From Thermoproteota archaeon (GTDB lineage: Archaea; Korarchaeota; Korarchaeia; Korarchaeales; Korarchaeaceae), in NCBI GenBank assembly GCA_026986575.1, contig JALSOH010000004.1, positions 288,001 to 352,000 of the forward strand: a stretch of DNA of 64,000 nt, in the 5' to 3' direction. Shown here piece after piece: positions 47,626 to 57,451 of the stretch. Under the pieces are notes generated by a model that saw only the letters and a program-made list of their open reading frames with translations, made no database searches and was not told the DNA's origin. How positions within the stretch are numbered: the first letter of the stretch is position 1; every line of letters begins with the position of its first letter. The translations under genes were made by a program, and so were the position numbers.

Positions 47626-48345
47626 CTACTTGGATAGAAACTCCTCTATTGAAATGCGCTCGCTTCTCAGATCTATCTCAACCAGCTCCCACCAAATGGG
47701 GAAGGCCACATTGTATACCTTGGTACTGCCAACTCTAGCGGTCTTACTCCCGTTGTGAACATGTCCATGGACAGCAACATCCACGAGCCCCTCCTTCATG
47801 TACCTCTCGAACCCTCTGTGGCCCAAGTACCTCCAAGCCCTGGGATTCTCGCCCTTCATGGTCTTAGTCGTGGTGGCGTAGTGGGTAAGGAGAACTGTTA
47901 CGTCAACCTTTTCCCTGAGCTCTCTGAGCATCTCCCCTATCACCCGCAACCTCTCGCTGTAGATCTTCTCTATCCCAGGGATGTTTCTCTTCTGCCACGT
48001 AGTAGGGAGTTCCAGACTCCCTCTGGACCCAACTATGCCTACCCTCCGTCCCTCCACCTCCAAAACTAGGCTCTCATCATCGAGAAACGTTACCTCAGGA
48101 TTCTCCTCCCTTATGGTATCCTTCACACTGTCGTACTCGTCATTGCCGAAGACGGCCACCATCACGACATCTCCTAGACTCCCCAAGGCATCCACTACCC
48201 TTCGATACTGTTTGTAGTTCCCTCTATCTACCATGTCTCCTGCTATCAGGATGAGGTACTCCCCTTTCTGCTTCCTACTTACAACATTTTCCAGATCCTT
48301 CTGCCATACGGGTGCGTGTACATCGGACACTGCCAGCACTTTCAT
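47626..48345 (-). CDS. Calcineurin-like metallophosphoesterase
   Basis: SDVH, AGD, GNDE, THY, HGHVH. Confidence 0.88.
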   Translation of the reverse strand: MKVLAVSDVHAPVWQKDLENVVSRKQKGEYLILIAGDMVDRGNYKQYRRVVDALGSLGDVVMVAVFGNDEYDSVKDTIREENPEVTFLDDESLVLEVEGRRVGIVGSRGSLELPTTWQKRNIPGIEKIYSERLRVIGEMLRELREKVDVTVLLTHYATTTKTMKGENPRAWRYLGHRGFERYMKEGLVDVAVHGHVHNGSKTARVGSTKVYNVAFPIWWELVEIDLRSERISIEEFLSK

Positions 48346-48405
48346 TTTCAACCTAGCGCTGGATATCCATCATCCAATTAAACTACTACGTTGTTTGGAA
48401 TTCAC

Positions 48406-48651
48406 GTGAGAAAAGGCAGGGTCAGGTCTATCTTGGAGTCGATGGTGTGGGATCCTAGGGCGGATCCGGAGGAGTTTAGAATAGTATTCGTGAGCAGAGG
48501 GTCCCCAAACGACCTAGAAGAGGTGAGAGGGGATGAGGTTGAAGTGAGGAACGACAGGGTGATATTGAAGGATGGGAGGGAGATACCTCACCATAGGATA
48601 GTTGCTATCTGGAGGGGAAGGGAACTTCTGTACCTCAAGAAAGATGTATGA
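48406..48651 (+). CDS. DUF504/MJ1316 RNA-repair domain protein
   Basis: WDP, IPHHRI. Confidence 0.8.
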   Translation: MRKGRVRSILESMVWDPRADPEEFRIVFVSRGSPNDLEEVRGDEVEVRNDRVILKDGREIPHHRIVAIWRGRELLYLKKDV

Positions 48652-48702
48652 AAATCTTGAACATTTTTTATATGATGCCCGGGAATGGGGCGGGGAGCGG
48701 GC

Positions 48703-49089
48703 ATGTCCACCAAGGCAATCTCCCTCGCTATAACGCTTATAGCTCTAGTAGGGATCCTCCTGAGCTTATATACGGAGTTCATTCAGGGTATCAGACCATG
48801 CCTCTCCTGCTATGCCCTTAGATTCAGCTACATCGCGATATTTCTACTATCACTAGCTCACTTCAAGTTCAAGAGGGCTTCCTACTTGATTCTAGCCGTA
48901 TCCCTGCTAGTTATCGTTATTTCCATCTGGGGGATACTAGGTTTCTTGGGACACCAGAGTAACCCGTGCATAGAGGCGTGCACCTTATCTATCGAGCTCA
49001 GCGTGAGCTACAGGCTGTTTTCCCTAGCTCTGCTCGGGGGGTTTATGGAGTTGGTCCTAGCGCTGTTACTAGTCAGGCACGGTGGTTGA
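48703..49089 (+). CDS. DsbB-family disulfide bond formation protein
   Basis: 4 TM helices, PCLSCY..R and second pair CIEAC. Confidence 0.72.
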   Translation: MSTKAISLAITLIALVGILLSLYTEFIQGIRPCLSCYALRFSYIAIFLLSLAHFKFKRASYLILAVSLLVIVISIWGILGFLGHQSNPCIEACTLSIELSVSYRLFSLALLGGFMELVLALLLVRHGG

Positions 49090-49257
49090 GGATCGTTTCT
49101 GGTATCTAATCCTAACAGTAACCCAAATAATGTTTCTATATGATGGCGGAATTGACCTATTTATCTATATAATATGGCCGCTATTACCTAAAACGTTTAA
49201 CTAATCTACCGAGCCTTCCCGAAACTTATATATAGTGTAGTCAAGCTTAGCAACGCG

Positions 49258-49512
49258 GTGTCGGCATTGGTGGAGATAACATGTCCATCATGCGGCTATG
49301 AGTTCTACTTGGACGAGGAGGACTACGAGGGAGAAATACAATGCCCTAACTGCGGAGCCCTCCTCGAAGTCAAGATAGAGAAGGGAGAGGTGAAAGAGGT
49401 CATACCTCTTGAGGAAGGGATAGAAGAGGAGGAGTGGCTCGAAGACGAGGACTTCTGGGAGGAGGAAGAGGAAGAGGAGATCTTCTGGGAGGAGGAAGAG
49501 GAAGAGTTCTGA
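49258..49512 (+). CDS. LysW-like zinc-ribbon protein with acidic repeat tail
   Basis: CPSCG...CPNCGALLEV, tail EDFWEEEEEEEIFWEEEEEEF. Confidence 0.7.
   Translation: MSALVEITCPSCGYEFYLDEEDYEGEIQCPNCGALLEVKIEKGEVKEVIPLEEGIEEEEWLEDEDFWEEEEEEEIFWEEEEEEF
49452..49506 (+). repeat. 25-bp direct repeat (30-bp period) in the coding tail
   Basis: CTTCTGGGAGGAGGAAGAGGAAGAG at 49452-49476 and 49482-49506. Confidence 0.9.
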
Positions 49513-49569
49513 CCGAACCCGGTAAGCGTTTTTCTTACATAAAATCTCCAAAAATGTGAAAGGTGGGGT

Positions 49570-50562
49570 TCAGTAACCCGCTCTCTTAAGTAGGGTTTCC
49601 CACTGTCTGTCTACCCATTCTTGGAACTTCTCTATCATCCACTTGTTCTCGGGCTTGAACATGTGCCTGAACCTTCCTTGAAGCTTCAAGTACTCCTCGA
49701 CGGGCTTCTTCCTGTCAGGATTCTTAGCTATGGATACGCTCGGACCGGTGAGCCTGTATTCCCCATCCACGACCTCGTAGAGAGGAAAGACGCACGTCTC
49801 GACGGCCAGCTTCATGATCTTCACTGTATCCTCCGGGGCGCTTCCCCAACCTAGCGGGCATGTGGAGAAGGCGTGAATGAACGCTGGACCCTCCGCCTCG
49901 AAACCCTTCCTGAACTTGACAAGCGCGTCGTTCCAGTAGGCAGGAGAAACTGTAGCTGCATAAGGTATCCCGTGGGCCACCATTATGTCCATTATCGGCT
50001 TCTTGAAGAGGGGTTTACCCTTGATCACCTTGCCTACGGGAGTGGTGGTGGTCCTCGCTCCGAAGGGCGTTCCACCCGACCTCTGTATACCAGTGTTCAT
50101 GTAAGCCTCGTTATCGTATAGCACATACATGATCTTATGTCTCCTCTCAAAGGCCCCAGATATCGCCTGCAGTCCTATGTCGTAGGTACCTCCATCCCCG
50201 CCAAGCACTATCACGTCGTAATCCAGCTCAACATCGGGATCTCCCTCGAACCTGTTCACTCTAGCTAGCTTCTTTCTAGCAGCTTCCACTCCGGATCCGA
50301 CAGCAGCAGCATTCTCAAAGGCATTGTGGGCCCAAGGGATGTTCCAAGAGGTGTACGGGAATATGGTCGTCGCTACCTCAACGCATCCCGTGGCATTTAT
50401 CCAGACTAGCGGCTTTCTAGCTGTCATGGCTATCTGCCTTATTATTATCCCCGCGCCACAGCCGGCGCACAACCTGTGACCGGACTCCACAGGCCTTTTC
50501 TGACCCTCTATCCTTGCCAGTTCCTTAATATCTGGCCTCCATATAGCCTTAGCTACCATCAC
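49570..50562 (-). CDS. porB: Pyruvate/ketoisovalerate:ferredoxin oxidoreductase beta
   Basis: CAGCG, TGC, GGDGG.YDIG, NEAYMNTGIQ. Confidence 0.93.
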   Translation of the reverse strand: MMVAKAIWRPDIKELARIEGQKRPVESGHRLCAGCGAGIIIRQIAMTARKPLVWINATGCVEVATTIFPYTSWNIPWAHNAFENAAAVGSGVEAARKKLARVNRFEGDPDVELDYDVIVLGGDGGTYDIGLQAISGAFERRHKIMYVLYDNEAYMNTGIQRSGGTPFGARTTTTPVGKVIKGKPLFKKPIMDIMVAHGIPYAATVSPAYWNDALVKFRKGFEAEGPAFIHAFSTCPLGWGSAPEDTVKIMKLAVETCVFPLYEVVDGEYRLTGPSVSIAKNPDRKKPVEEYLKLQGRFRHMFKPENKWMIEKFQEWVDRQWETLLKRAGY

Positions 50563-51806
50563 TCCCTCACCCCCAGATACTTGATAACAGGCTTCTCTGG
50601 TTCTTCTCTAGCCTCAATAAGCTCGTTAAACGCCTTCTTTATCAGTTTAGGCGGTAAATCTCTTCCCCCAAGACCGTATATGTAGTCGTACACGGTGGGC
50701 TTCGAGGAGGAGCTGTAAAGGGCAGATCTCACCTCCATGAACACGGGACCACCCTCGGCCCCGAAGCTCAAAGATCTATCGAGGATACCGACAGTGCTGA
50801 CCTTCGAAAGCTCCTTCCTAATAATATCAGCTGGGAAAGGTCTGAATACCCTCAACCTTATGGCACCCACCTTCTTCCCCTCACTCCTCAGCTCGTCCAC
50901 CACCTTCCTCACCACGCTCATGGTCGAGGAGAGGCCTAGAAGCACGACATCCGCATCCTCCGTTTTATAGGGGATCATATGGACGGGCTCATAAGACCTC
51001 CCGCTTATCTCGGTGAACTCCCTGTGGACCTTCTCTATGACAGGGACGGAAGCCTTCATGGCCTCATTCTGCTGGACCTTATGCTCGAAGTAGTAGTCAA
51101 ACAGGTCCAGCGGCCCGAACGATATCGGATACTTCGGGTTCAGCATCAGTGGTATCTCCTTCTCCCCGTAGATGTGGGGTAGCTTGATCCTCGGTACCTT
51201 CCTGACCCCGACGAAGTTTGAGACAACCTCATCAGGAAGAACTGAGACGTTTTGCAGCGTGTGGGATATGGTGAATCCATCTAAAGTTATCATGACGGGC
51301 AACATCGCCTCCTCAGCTATCCTGAAGGCCATTATGGTGTTATCATAGGCTTCCTGCGCATCTTCGCTGTAGATCTGAATCCAACCGGAATCCCTAGCCC
51401 CCATGCTGTCACTATGATCGTTATGAATGTTTATCGGCGCGCTTAAAGCTCTGTTGACGACGGCCATGACGACTGGAGTCCTAGTGGAAGCGGTTATGTA
51501 CAAGATCTCCCACATTAGGGCTAGGCCGTTTGCAGCAGTAGCAGTAAACGCTCTCGCCCCAGCGAGAGCCGCTCCCCAACTCGCACTCAGGGCACTGTGC
51601 TCGCTTTCCACCCTTATGAATTCCATGTCCACCTCTCCATTGTGGACGAACTCGGATATCCTCTCTACAATTATTGTTTGTGGAGTTATAGGATAGGCTG
51701 CGACCACATCCACATTGCTCTGTTTCACAGCCCAGGCAACGGCCTCATCTCCATTAAGGGCCATCATGGTTTGACTAACCGACTTCTGAACTACCATCAA
51801 ACTCAC
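50559..51806 (-). CDS. porA: Pyruvate/ketoisovalerate:ferredoxin oxidoreductase alpha
   Basis: AYPITPQT, VESEHSA, NRALSAPINI, GLGGRD. Confidence 0.93.
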   Translation of the reverse strand: MSLMVVQKSVSQTMMALNGDEAVAWAVKQSNVDVVAAYPITPQTIIVERISEFVHNGEVDMEFIRVESEHSALSASWGAALAGARAFTATAANGLALMWEILYITASTRTPVVMAVVNRALSAPINIHNDHSDSMGARDSGWIQIYSEDAQEAYDNTIMAFRIAEEAMLPVMITLDGFTISHTLQNVSVLPDEVVSNFVGVRKVPRIKLPHIYGEKEIPLMLNPKYPISFGPLDLFDYYFEHKVQQNEAMKASVPVIEKVHREFTEISGRSYEPVHMIPYKTEDADVVLLGLSSTMSVVRKVVDELRSEGKKVGAIRLRVFRPFPADIIRKELSKVSTVGILDRSLSFGAEGGPVFMEVRSALYSSSSKPTVYDYIYGLGGRDLPPKLIKKAFNELIEAREEPEKPVIKYLGVRE

Positions 51807-51809
51807 CCC

Positions 51810-52085
51810 TCATATCCTGACCATCTCTATTGCCTTAGTGGGGCACTCCGTAGCGCATATCCCACAGCCCTTGCAGTGATCCAAGTCGGGAACGGGAACG
51901 CTTTCCCCATCCCACCTGTACACGCTGTCAGGGCAATACATCCAACAGAGCCCGCACTTCACACACTTGCTCTCATCGATCTTAGGCTGGAATACCGCCC
52001 ACTCTCCAGTGGGGTATTCCTTCGCACTCAAGAAGGGAACTGCTGCCATAGGAAGATCCTTCCATCCAACCATCGGGGTGCTCAT
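51810..52085 (-). CDS. porD: POR delta subunit
   Basis: TGEW, CVKCGLCWMYCP, CKGCGICATECP. Confidence 0.93.
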   Translation of the reverse strand: MSTPMVGWKDLPMAAVPFLSAKEYPTGEWAVFQPKIDESKCVKCGLCWMYCPDSVYRWDGESVPVPDLDHCKGCGICATECPTKAIEMVRI

Positions 52086-52669
52086 ACACTTACCACCTCT
52101 TTGGCGGGATCCGATCTAGCCTCTTTTATCGCTCTCTTGAGAGCGTTAATGTTCTTCTCCCCTACAGAGCCGGGCCATCTCCACAATATGCCCTGCTCTA
52201 GGTACTCCACGGGTAGCAGTTTAGTTGCAGCAAGTAGCACTCCCAGCATCGTTGTATTGGGAGAGGCCCTGCCTATCTCCTCTAGAGCGATGGTCGTTGC
52301 ATCGACGGACCACACATGAACCTCCTCTGGCAGGCCTAGCTCCTCTCTCAGCTCTGAAGGAGATTCTTCGCTGTTAGCTAGGAAGTAACCACCCCTCCTC
52401 AGACCGCTCAGAAGCGAGGTCATGTACCTCTGCTTTAGCAGGCTGGGATCTATCACTATGACTATATCCGGCTCGTATATGGGTCCCCTGTCCACTATAG
52501 GCTTATCGTCGATCCTGTTGAACGCGGTCACCGGACCACCTATCCTCTCAGGACCGAATTGTGGGAAGGACTGCGCGTATTTACCTGCTTTAATGGCCGA
52601 GTAAGCGAGTACAGCAGACCCGCTCCAAACACCTTGTCCTCCTCTACCGTGCCATCTTATCTCAATCAG
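52082..52669 (-). CDS. porG: POR gamma subunit (CTG start)
   Basis: Frame extends to CTG-IEIRWHGRGGQG, FGPERIGGPV; in-frame TAG 5 codons upstream. Confidence 0.92.
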   Translation of the reverse strand: MIEIRWHGRGGQGVWSGSAVLAYSAIKAGKYAQSFPQFGPERIGGPVTAFNRIDDKPIVDRGPIYEPDIVIVIDPSLLKQRYMTSLLSGLRRGGYFLANSEESPSELREELGLPEEVHVWSVDATTIALEEIGRASPNTTMLGVLLAATKLLPVEYLEQGILWRWPGSVGEKNINALKRAIKEARSDPAKEVVSV

Positions 52670-52705
52670 GGGATACCACCCCTACAGTATGACCATCTTT
52701 AAGGG

Positions 52706-52778
52706 TAAAAAGATATCTAGATTGTCCAATCTTGAGCTTGAGAGATTTCTAGATCTCTTTTTACACTAAAATAGTGTA
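52706..52778. promoter_or_regulatory. Inverted repeats at the por operon promoter
   Basis: TAAAAAGATATCTAGA (52706-52721) / TCTAGATCTCTTTTTA (52748-52763), 15/16 match; TACACTA-AAA-TAGTGTA (52762-52778). Confidence 0.55.
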
Positions 52779-52881
52779 TGATTAACGTGAAGGCCCTCTA
52801 CTGATTATTATACGTAAACATTTATCTGCCTCAGAGAGGTCCCTCCCACGTCACCTACATCTAATTAATGCGGATAGCCAC

Positions 52882-53439
52882 TTACTGGTAGGTTCTTTCA
52901 CTTAGGAACCTAGGGGCCAAAATAGACAGCAGAAGCGATGTCGTGGCCTCGGTTGTCGGGCCGATTGCTACTGCGCCACCACCTGCCACGGGAAGGAACA
53001 AGCCCACGAATCCCAGGACGAACGCCTCCGTAGGAGGGAACCCGAATATCATGTAAAGGATCCACGACGTCAATATGTCGTATAGGAAGGTAGACAGGTA
53101 TGCTATTACAAAGATGAATACTCGTTCTTTAATCCGTAATCTAGCCCAGATTGCCCCTATAGCCCCTGCTAGACCACCATCTACTAGAGTCCAGATACCT
53201 AACCCTATTATACTATCGGACACTAAAAAGGAGAGGAATCCCACGCCGAAGCCCACACTACTCCCATAAAGCATACCGGCTAACATCGTAAAGAGCAGAG
53301 GTAAGTTAACGAACTGAAGGGGACCTACAAGGACATGCTTCCCTATCCTAGCGGCTACAGCTAGAGCGCTCCATACACCTATCTGTGCGGTCACTTTTGA
53401 AAGTGAAGCATCTTTTTTATCCCTTATCATTGCCATCAT
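52882..53439 (-). CDS. ECF transporter S component
   Basis: Small multi-TM protein, SALAVA and GMLYG...G..VG..SD pattern. Confidence 0.7.
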   Translation of the reverse strand: MMAMIRDKKDASLSKVTAQIGVWSALAVAARIGKHVLVGPLQFVNLPLLFTMLAGMLYGSSVGFGVGFLSFLVSDSIIGLGIWTLVDGGLAGAIGAIWARLRIKERVFIFVIAYLSTFLYDILTSWILYMIFGFPPTEAFVLGFVGLFLPVAGGGAVAIGPTTEATTSLLLSILAPRFLSERTYQ

Positions 53440-53558
53440 CCCAATTCAATGTAAATTTTAGTTAGATTAACTGTGTTTTTCGATGGCATGAGCCTCAGCC
53501 ATGTGAGTTTACATGATGGAATTTAAATAGATGAGTGGTCGGTTATCCCGGTGTAAGC

Positions 53559-54266
53559 ATGGGCCATGTGCACAACCACTCCCAGAGGGTCATTGACGAG
53601 CAAACGGCGTCTCAGCTTAAGGCCAGATTTGACGCCGAGATGATTCGACCTATAGAGCTTATCATGTTCAAAGGCGTGGGCAACGAGGAATACTCTCAGT
53701 GGACAGAACAGCTGCTAAGGGAACTGGATGACCTATCTGATAAGATAAGGGTCGAGATACACGATGTTACCTTGGAACCCGAACTCATAGAGGAGTTCAA
53801 AGTAGCGAAGACGCCCACTATTCTAATAGACCCTAGATCCGGATACAAGATAAGATACACAGGCGCTCCAGCAGGATACGAGGCTTGGGCATTCGTGGAG
53901 ACCATGATACTGGTAAGCAGGGATTATAGTGGTCTCTCGGATCGAGTCAAGGAGATTCTCAAGGAGGCTAGAAATTACGGCAAAGAGGCTCATATAATGA
54001 TATTCGTGACTCCAACGTGCCCCTACTGCCCGAATCAGGTCCTTCTAGCCAATAAGTTTGCCATAGAGCTCAAAGGAAAGGTCGAGGCGGACTGCGTGGA
54101 GGCATACGAAAATCCTGACCTAGCTGATATGTACCACGTCTCTGCCGTTCCTCATAATGTGATAGCCGTGAGAGACAATGGCAAGGAGATACCTAAGGAG
54201 ATCTCCATAGGGGTGCAACCGGAGGAGAAGTACGCAATGGATCTAATCAAGGCTCTGAGGGAATAG
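53559..54266 (+). CDS. Protein disulfide oxidoreductase (PDO/AhpF-NTD type)
   Basis: Two thioredoxin units, YTGAPAGYE, FVTPTCPYCP, SAVP. Confidence 0.88.
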   Translation: MGHVHNHSQRVIDEQTASQLKARFDAEMIRPIELIMFKGVGNEEYSQWTEQLLRELDDLSDKIRVEIHDVTLEPELIEEFKVAKTPTILIDPRSGYKIRYTGAPAGYEAWAFVETMILVSRDYSGLSDRVKEILKEARNYGKEAHIMIFVTPTCPYCPNQVLLANKFAIELKGKVEADCVEAYENPDLADMYHVSAVPHNVIAVRDNGKEIPKEISIGVQPEEKYAMDLIKALRE

Positions 54267-54269
54267 GGT

Positions 54270-55181
54270 ATGGATTACCACATCCTCCTCACGAACGATG
54301 ATGGGCTTCATTCCGCCCCTTTCAGGGCTTTTTGGACTGGTCTAATGGAGAGGAAGATCGGTAAGGTAACTGTTGTTGTCCCTGAGCACGAGATGAGTGC
54401 AGCCGGAAAAGGAATAACCCTCCACAAGCCTCTCAGGATAAGGAAGCTTCCTGTGAAGGTGAGGAGTTTCGGGTATAGAGAAGCGTTTACAGTCAGCGGA
54501 ACCCCTGGAGATGCCGTCACCGTTGCTGTGAAGTATATAATGGATTCAGAACCTGATGTTGTGGTCTCCGGTATAAATGTGGGTGACAACATAACATTGG
54601 ACAACATATTCACGAGCGGTACCATTGCGGCAGCCCTGCAAGGCACGATAATGGGGATCACATCATCTGCATTTAGCGTGGAGATACCCGCTGGACAGCC
54701 CAGCCGCCCAGTAGACAGGTTCCTACCTCACGCCAGACTAGCAGCGATGATAGCGGAGTGGCTGGTCAAGAAGGGACTGCCGGAGGGCGTAGATCTGCTC
54801 AACGTGAACTTTCCTTATAAGATATCAGAGGACACGCCCATAAGGATAACTAGGCTGGCTAGAATGAAGTTTGAGAACTACGTACTGGAGAGGATAGATA
54901 CTAGGGGGAATCCGTACTATTGGCTGGGTGGAAATCCTGTTCCAGTAACCGAGAAGGATAGGGGCACTGATCTTTACGCCCTAATGGTGGAGAGAGCAGT
55001 TTCCATAACTCCCATAAGCTTGGATCTAAGTGTAAGGGAGTTAGACTGTGAGAAGCTGAACAGAAAAAGGAGAAGGGCTTTGGAGGAGATCGCCTCCATG
55101 GTGGATCATCTCAAGGAGTATCTCGTGGATCTTACCAGAAAACACTCACACGTTCAGGAGGAAGAGACCTCCTCTCTCTAG
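54270..55181 (+). CDS. surE: 5'/3'-nucleotidase SurE
   Basis: LLTNDDG, GTPGD, VSGIN.G.N, SGT, LNVNFP. Confidence 0.95.
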   Translation: MDYHILLTNDDGLHSAPFRAFWTGLMERKIGKVTVVVPEHEMSAAGKGITLHKPLRIRKLPVKVRSFGYREAFTVSGTPGDAVTVAVKYIMDSEPDVVVSGINVGDNITLDNIFTSGTIAAALQGTIMGITSSAFSVEIPAGQPSRPVDRFLPHARLAAMIAEWLVKKGLPEGVDLLNVNFPYKISEDTPIRITRLARMKFENYVLERIDTRGNPYYWLGGNPVPVTEKDRGTDLYALMVERAVSITPISLDLSVRELDCEKLNRKRRRALEEIASMVDHLKEYLVDLTRKHSHVQEEETSSL

Positions 55182-55559
55182 ATCCCTCTTCAACTCCCCT
55201 TCAAGTTCTATAATCGCTATCTCACAAGTTCCCCCGACGTATCCCTCGACGAGATGGCCCGCCACTGTCCTCTCCTTATTCCCCAAGACTACGTGGATGT
55301 GGGCAAAGGGCTTCCCTTCCCTGAGGCTTACGTTCCCGGCTAGGGAGGCTAGCTCCATTGGCGTATTCACATCGAAGGTCTCATACTCCTCCTTCTCTGG
55401 ATTGAACACGGCGAGTTTAGTCTTGCTTAACAACCCTAAACCAGACAGAACCGCCCCTCCTATTCCCGCCTCAGCACAGGCCTTAATTACTGAGGAGACG
55501 ACCTCTTCCCCCCGATCTACTCTTATCACATGTACCTTCTTTACGCCGAACGACTTCAA
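55146..55559 (-). CDS. PPC/DUF296-domain protein
   Basis: ELASLAGN, HIHVVLG, AGHL; start TTG 55559. Confidence 0.88.
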   Translation of the reverse strand: MKSFGVKKVHVIRVDRGEEVVSSVIKACAEAGIGGAVLSGLGLLSKTKLAVFNPEKEEYETFDVNTPMELASLAGNVSLREGKPFAHIHVVLGNKERTVAGHLVEGYVGGTCEIAIIELEGELKRDLERGGLFLLNV

Positions 55560-55560
55560 C

Positions 55561-56553
55561 TCAACCACCCGCACTAGGCTGTATGGGATACATAATAGGG
55601 GTAGCTTCACCGGCCGTGACTATTATGGTAGCATTAGACCTAGCTATGTCCTTCAGCCCCTCTAGGTAGATGACTAGTGGTGCTATCTTATCCGGATCGG
55701 CTCCCGATCTAACTAGTATGTCTATAGATCTCGCCGTCCCATTGGCTATTATGATCCTAGACTTGGCCTCACCCTCAGCCTCAAGCACCTTGGCAGTAGC
55801 TGAGGCGTTAGCGAGTATTATGGTCCTGTTCCTGTCGTAGTAAGCAGCTATCATCCTCTGCTGGGACGTTAGCTTCTCCTGAATGGCCTTCAGGAATTCC
55901 TCAGGAAGCTTGATGTTCCTAACGTAGACCTCATCTATCACTACACCTCCGCCTGTTGTCTCGTCCTTAGTGAACACCTCTTGGAGAAGGCTGAATATTT
56001 CACCACTAATCCTGTCCCTAGCTACGGGTACTTCTGCAGCTTCGTACTTGGAGAGGACATCTCTAGCGATCTTCCTTATCTCAGGTATTATCAGCTTCTC
56101 CTCGTAGTCCAGAGCTGGGTAAGATTCTACGATCTTTGGTACCGAGCTAGGGATTATGTGCCACCTGACGGTCAGGTCCACCCACGCCTGTAGTCCATCC
56201 TTGGTGAGCGATTCTATAGCTGGGTAGTCTCCTATAGCGCTACCGTAACCGTGCTGGACAGCGTTGACATCGGTCCACATGTGGACTGCATCCGTGGCGA
56301 TGTAGACCTTCTTGACCGACTGCCAAGGCATCTTGAAGGCCACCTTAGGCCCTATGACTGGCCCTGACACCTCTCCTGTGAAAGGATCTACTGTCACAGC
56401 TGCATAACCCAGTTCAACGGTATATACACTCAGGAAAGAGGCTATCAGCAGGAGGATCACAAGGGCAGCAGCTAACAACACTCTACCACTAATTTTAGGC
56501 TGGTAGGGAAGTTCAGGCGTGTACACAGGTATCTCATCGTCTCTCCTAGGCAT
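55561..56553 (-). CDS. SPFH/prohibitin-family membrane protein
   Basis: N-terminal TM, TKDGL, VRNIKLP, AEGEA. Confidence 0.88.
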   Translation of the reverse strand: MPRRDDEIPVYTPELPYQPKISGRVLLAAALVILLLIASFLSVYTVELGYAAVTVDPFTGEVSGPVIGPKVAFKMPWQSVKKVYIATDAVHMWTDVNAVQHGYGSAIGDYPAIESLTKDGLQAWVDLTVRWHIIPSSVPKIVESYPALDYEEKLIIPEIRKIARDVLSKYEAAEVPVARDRISGEIFSLLQEVFTKDETTGGGVVIDEVYVRNIKLPEEFLKAIQEKLTSQQRMIAAYYDRNRTIILANASATAKVLEAEGEAKSRIIIANGTARSIDILVRSGADPDKIAPLVIYLEGLKDIARSNATIIVTAGEATPIMYPIQPSAGG

Positions 56554-56625
56554 CTTTCAGCTCCCACCATAGTGAGGTATCTCGTCTTTTAAGTTAACAT
56601 GTAGCTGGAGCGATCAATGTGGGCG

Positions 56626-57399
56626 CTAACCGTGGTAGGGAAGACCCTTCTCTTCTTCCTCCGGTTTATACTCAGCTCCTTCACTGAGCTTTATTTCTTC
56701 CTTGATCATCTCCTCCGCCATCTCCGCTTCCCTCTCCAACTCCTCTAAGTCTATATTCAGGCCATATAATGCATCGATTACCTCCAATACCATCTTAGAG
56801 GCCTTGGGATCGGGGAAGGCGCCGCTGGTGGTTCCTAGAAGACAGGCGCTTGTTAATCCCCTGAGATCAGCGAGCCCAACTAAGAGACCAGCCGCTCCAG
56901 TCACATAACCGCCGGTTAGGGGCTTGACACCGGTAGACTCCAAGACCTTCATGAAGTCCTCGTCGTTGGTGCAGGCGAAGACACCCGTCACATCAGGCGA
57001 TCCCGGGACATACCCACCCATGGTAATGACCGTGGCAACCCCCAGCTCCTGAGCGAAGTCCAGCACGAGTTCCCCTATCTTGTATTGGCCGAAGGCGATT
57101 GGCTGAACCTCAGAGGTGAGCACCAAAATATCATTCTCGGGTCCCTTAACTAGATAGATCTCGTAGGTAGGTGGCTGTATCTCATCCCCCTCAATTCTCA
57201 CACCGGAGGATCCATCCGGTAGGGGAAGGTAATCACTATAGATAACCGCTATCTTCTTGGCTTCGAACTTTCTAATGAGATAGCTGGCAGCTATCTTCCC
57301 CACTAGACCGAGCCCTGGGACCCCCTGTATCAGGATAGGATTCCTCAGCGTCACTTCCTCTAGTCTCACTAGTTCAACGTACCCCACCGAGCTCCCCAT
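56626..57399 (-). CDS. PAC2-family proteasome assembly chaperone
   Basis: GVPGLGLVGKIA, PDPKAS, C-terminal LPYHG. Confidence 0.88.
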   Translation of the reverse strand: MGSSVGYVELVRLEEVTLRNPILIQGVPGLGLVGKIAASYLIRKFEAKKIAVIYSDYLPLPDGSSGVRIEGDEIQPPTYEIYLVKGPENDILVLTSEVQPIAFGQYKIGELVLDFAQELGVATVITMGGYVPGSPDVTGVFACTNDEDFMKVLESTGVKPLTGGYVTGAAGLLVGLADLRGLTSACLLGTTSGAFPDPKASKMVLEVIDALYGLNIDLEELEREAEMAEEMIKEEIKLSEGAEYKPEEEEKGLPYHG

Positions 57400-57451
57400 C
57401 AGGGAGCCCTTAACTCAATATTAAACAATGAGGCCTACCTCCGGGGTACCG

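Noticed and set aside
49452-49506. Direct repeat as a mini-CRISPR
   Set aside because: 5-nt spacer, in frame within a coding sequence, no cas genes.
51597-52319. Long antisense ORFs in the track (e.g. 51597-52319, 35032-35673, 12076-12609)
   Set aside because: Shadow frames of well-supported genes on the other strand, with no recognisable motifs.
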